From Podarcis muralis (taxonomy: Eukaryota), in the NCBI RefSeq assembly GCF_964188315.1, contig NC_135667.1, positions 10,478,001 through 10,542,000 of the forward strand: a stretch of 64,000 bases of DNA, read 5' to 3'. Within the stretch, counting starts at the first letter, position 1. Every line of letters starts with the position of its first letter. A program made the translations under genes and the position numbers. Below, piece by piece: positions 61,083 through 64,000 of this stretch. A model generated the notes under the pieces. The model had not been told where the DNA came from and ran no database searches. It worked only from the letters and a program-made list of their open reading frames with translations.

Positions 61083-62021
61083 TCATTTCCTCAAAGAGAA
61101 GACCTTCCGGTCCCTGAGTTTCTTCATGGCGTGCTTCACCTCTTCGTTCCTCAGCGTGTAGATGACCGGGTTGAGCACAGGAGTCACCACGGTGTAGAAG
61201 ACAGCCACCACTTTCTCCATGGAGAAGTTTGAGACAGGGCGGGTGTAAAGGACAAGGCAAGGCCCCAGGAACAGCACCACGACAAGGAGATGGGCAGCAC
61301 AGGTGGAGAGGGCCTTGCGCCTCCCCTCGGCGGTCCTCCCTCTTAGCGATACCAGGATGATGATGTAGGAAGCCAGGAGGGCCAAGAAACAAACCAAGGA
61401 GATCATGCCACTATTGGACACAATCAGTAGCCCTGTCAAGTAAGTGTCAGTGCAGGCCAACTTGATGACAGGGGGAACATCGCAGAAAAAGCTGTCTATG
61501 ACGTTAGGGCCGCAATACGGGAGGCGGATGGTGAGGACAGTCTGCACCAAGGAATGGACCATGGCTCCCACCCACAGGGCGCCCACCAACCAGACGCAGA
61601 CCTTCAGGCTCATGATAGACATGTACTGCAGCGGGTGGCAGATGGCAACATAGCGGTCATAGGCCATGATAGTTAGGAGGAAGATCTCAGCACAGGCACT
61701 GAGGTGGAGGAAGAAGAGCTGGGCTATGCAGCCGCCAAAGGAGATGGTCTTCTGGGCAAACAGGAAGTCGTGGAGCATCTTTGGCGCGGTGACGGAGGAA
61801 TGGCAGATGTCGATGAAAGAGAGGTTGCCAAGGAAGAAGTACATGGGGGTCTGGAGACTCCGGTCGCAAACCACGGTCACCATGATGAGGAAGTTACCTG
61901 CTAGGATGAGCAGGTAGATGATAGAGAAGATAGCAAACAAAGCCAGCTCAAGTCGCCGCCGGTTGCCAGTCAACCCCAAGAACACAAAATGGGTCACTGT
62001 GGTGTGGTTTAGACTATCCAT
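61083..62021 (-). CDS. OR4E2: Olfactory receptor, OR4E2/MOR83-like (312 aa)
   Basis: MDSLNHT start, ACAEIFLL, DTYLTGLLIVSNSG and KVVAVFYTVVTP match recalled OR4E2 motifs. Confidence 0.88.
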   Translation of the reverse strand: MDSLNHTTVTHFVFLGLTGNRRRLELALFAIFSIIYLLILAGNFLIMVTVVCDRSLQTPMYFFLGNLSFIDICHSSVTAPKMLHDFLFAQKTISFGGCIAQLFFLHLSACAEIFLLTIMAYDRYVAICHPLQYMSIMSLKVCVWLVGALWVGAMVHSLVQTVLTIRLPYCGPNVIDSFFCDVPPVIKLACTDTYLTGLLIVSNSGMISLVCFLALLASYIIILVSLRGRTAEGRRKALSTCAAHLLVVVLFLGPCLVLYTRPVSNFSMEKVVAVFYTVVTPVLNPVIYTLRNEEVKHAMKKLRDRKVFSLRK

Positions 62022-62112
62022 TGAAACAGAGCAGAGGGAGGTCCATGCGACGAACCTGAACACAGAAGGGGAAAGCACAGATTGTCTATATACTTTTCTA
62101 TAAAACACAATA

Positions 62113-62583
62113 CTGTATTGGCCTGAATATAAGCCACACTTTCCCCCCCAAATTCCAACCATGAAATGTTAAAGTGCAACTTAAATTCGCAACCTTACAA
62201 AAATTGGTTTTTACGATATCGCTGCTGAAACAGACATACGGCAAAACGGAACAAAAAAATGTTTTCTTGCTGATTTGTGAGCTTGAAACTGTTGTGCAAT
62301 TAACCCATAGGATTTTCTTCTACATTTGCCATTTAGGGTGTGAGTGCCTGTGGAATTGTAGCAACTGAATAGCAATTTGCGATTTTAGCGATCTTGCGGG
62401 CTTGCAAGATCAAAGGCTTAAGTTGGCTCGGAGTTACAATTCTACCAACTGCAGCGATTTTCAGCCTGTAACCCAATTTTAAGGGAGCGGCTTATATTCT
62501 GGTATTGTCTTTTTTTCTTTTCCCCCTTAAATTTTAAAGGTGCGGTTTATTTGCGGGTGCGGCTTATATTCTGGCCAATGCGG
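62113..62583. mobile_element. Tc/pogo-type MITE
   Basis: Imperfect TIR CTGTATTGGCCTGAATATAAGCC / GGCTTATATTCTGGCCAATGCGG with TA flanks. Confidence 0.7.
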
Positions 62584-62848
62584 TAATTTATATTGTACAT
62601 CCTACATCATTGACTGTTTCCTCAGAGGCTGGACACTAGGCAAAGCTGGCCAGAGACATTTTGGTTACTGAGGCAAAGGGAAAAGATATTTCCTTCCCAC
62701 ATTCCATGTACAAAAATGCCAGAGCTGCCGTTGTATATAAGGCTCCATGCACACAGTACATTTAAAGCACATTCACAGCATGAAGGCTGCTGCATTAGTT
62801 TAGAGAAAAAGTAAGGGAAAGGGCACATGATAGAGGTGCAGACAATTA

Positions 62849-63255
62849 CCGTATTTTTCTGTGTTTAAGATGCCACCATGTATAAGACGACCCCTATTTT
62901 TTTAACCCAAATTTAAGAAATTAAGTTGTTTAGCTTTTTGGGGGGGTGGGGGAGGTCACTTCTGCCAATTGCTCACCCACCTGCCCGCCACCCACCTCGC
63001 CGCAGCCGCCAATCGCCTGCACGCCTCGCCACAGCCGCCAATCGCCTGCCCAATTGCCACAGCCACAGCCAATCGCCAGCAGGCCTGGCCTCAGCCACCA
63101 ATCACCCGCCCAATCGCCGCTGCCAAACTCCTGCTCGCTGCTGCCATTAATTGCACGTCCCCCCTCTGCATTCACTATCCGTGAATAAGACGACACCCAA
63201 TTTTTGCCTAATTTTGCTTAGCAAAAAGCATCGTCTTATACACAGAAAAATACGG
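62849..63255. mobile_element. Tc/pogo-type MITE with an internal GC-rich minisatellite
   Basis: TIR CCGTATTTTTCTGTGT / ACACAGAAAAATACGG with TA TSD. Confidence 0.8.
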
Positions 63256-63819
63256 TATGCGTGATGCTGAGAAAACGGGTACAGAAAGGTTTCCCCCTTC
63301 TCTCATAACACTGCAACTCGTGGGCACACAATGTAGCTGAATGTTGGAAGATTAAAGATGTATAAAAGAAAGAACTTTTTTTTTCATATGGTGCATGGTT
63401 AAACTATGAAACTCACTCCCACTGGAGGCAGTGATGCTCACCAACTTGGATAGCTTTAAAAGAAGAGCAGACTAATTCATGGAGAAGGCTTTTAACAGCT
63501 ACTAGCCGTGATGTTTATGCTCTGCTTCCTGAGCTTGAGGCAATAGGCTTCTGAATACCAGTTGCTGGAAACGACAGGAGAGGAGAGTGCTTTTGTACTG
63601 GGTTGCCGCTTGTGGGTTTTCCACAGGCTTCTGGGTGGCTACTGTGAGAACAGGACGCTGGGCTAGAGTCTTACATTCATATCAGACCCCCCAAGTGTCC
63701 CTATTTTCCAGGGACAGTCCTGGATTTACAGAAGCCATCCCAGTTTCTGATTCGATCCTGGAACATCCCGCTTTTCCTTAGGAAGTCCCTATTTTCATTG
63801 GAGAAATGTTGGAGGGTAT

Positions 63820-64000
63820 AGTAAAGGTAAAGGGACCCCGGACCATTAGGTCCAGTCGTGACCGACTCTGGGGTTGCGGCGCTCATCTCGCTTTACTGGC
63901 TGAGGGAGCCGGCGTACAGCTTCCGGGTCATGTGGCCAGCATGACTAAGCCACTTCTGGCAAACCAAAGCAGCACACGGAAACGCCGTTTACCTTCCCGC
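63820..64000 (-). mobile_element. Sauria SINE, truncated by the window end
   Basis: GGTAAAGGGACCCC... tail end, homologous to 8507-8854. Confidence 0.88.

Overview
Squamate (probably lacertid lizard) genomic DNA, inferred from Sauria-SINE and Squam3-type SINEs. The window holds eight intact-looking olfactory receptor genes: three OR10D-like, two OR10G2-like and three OR4E-like. A single, apparently complete T-cell receptor V gene (leader exon, V exon and perfect-heptamer 23-RSS, minus strand, 35710-37010) sits between the OR10 and OR4E groups. This recalls the mammalian OR10G/OR4E (MOR28 cluster)/TRAV neighbourhood, but the TRAV-OR4E block looks inverted. A young L1 fragment with a 17-bp TSD lies 15 bp upstream of the V start codon. 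Two OR10D-like genes have AGG where their paralog has ATG and appear to need a spliced N-terminus. The rest is an intact Gypsy pol with its 3' LTR, a related solo LTR, many LINE/SINE/MITE insertions, a CpG island, microsatellites and a 556-N gap. Comparisons to mammalian genes are from memory and need alignment to confirm.
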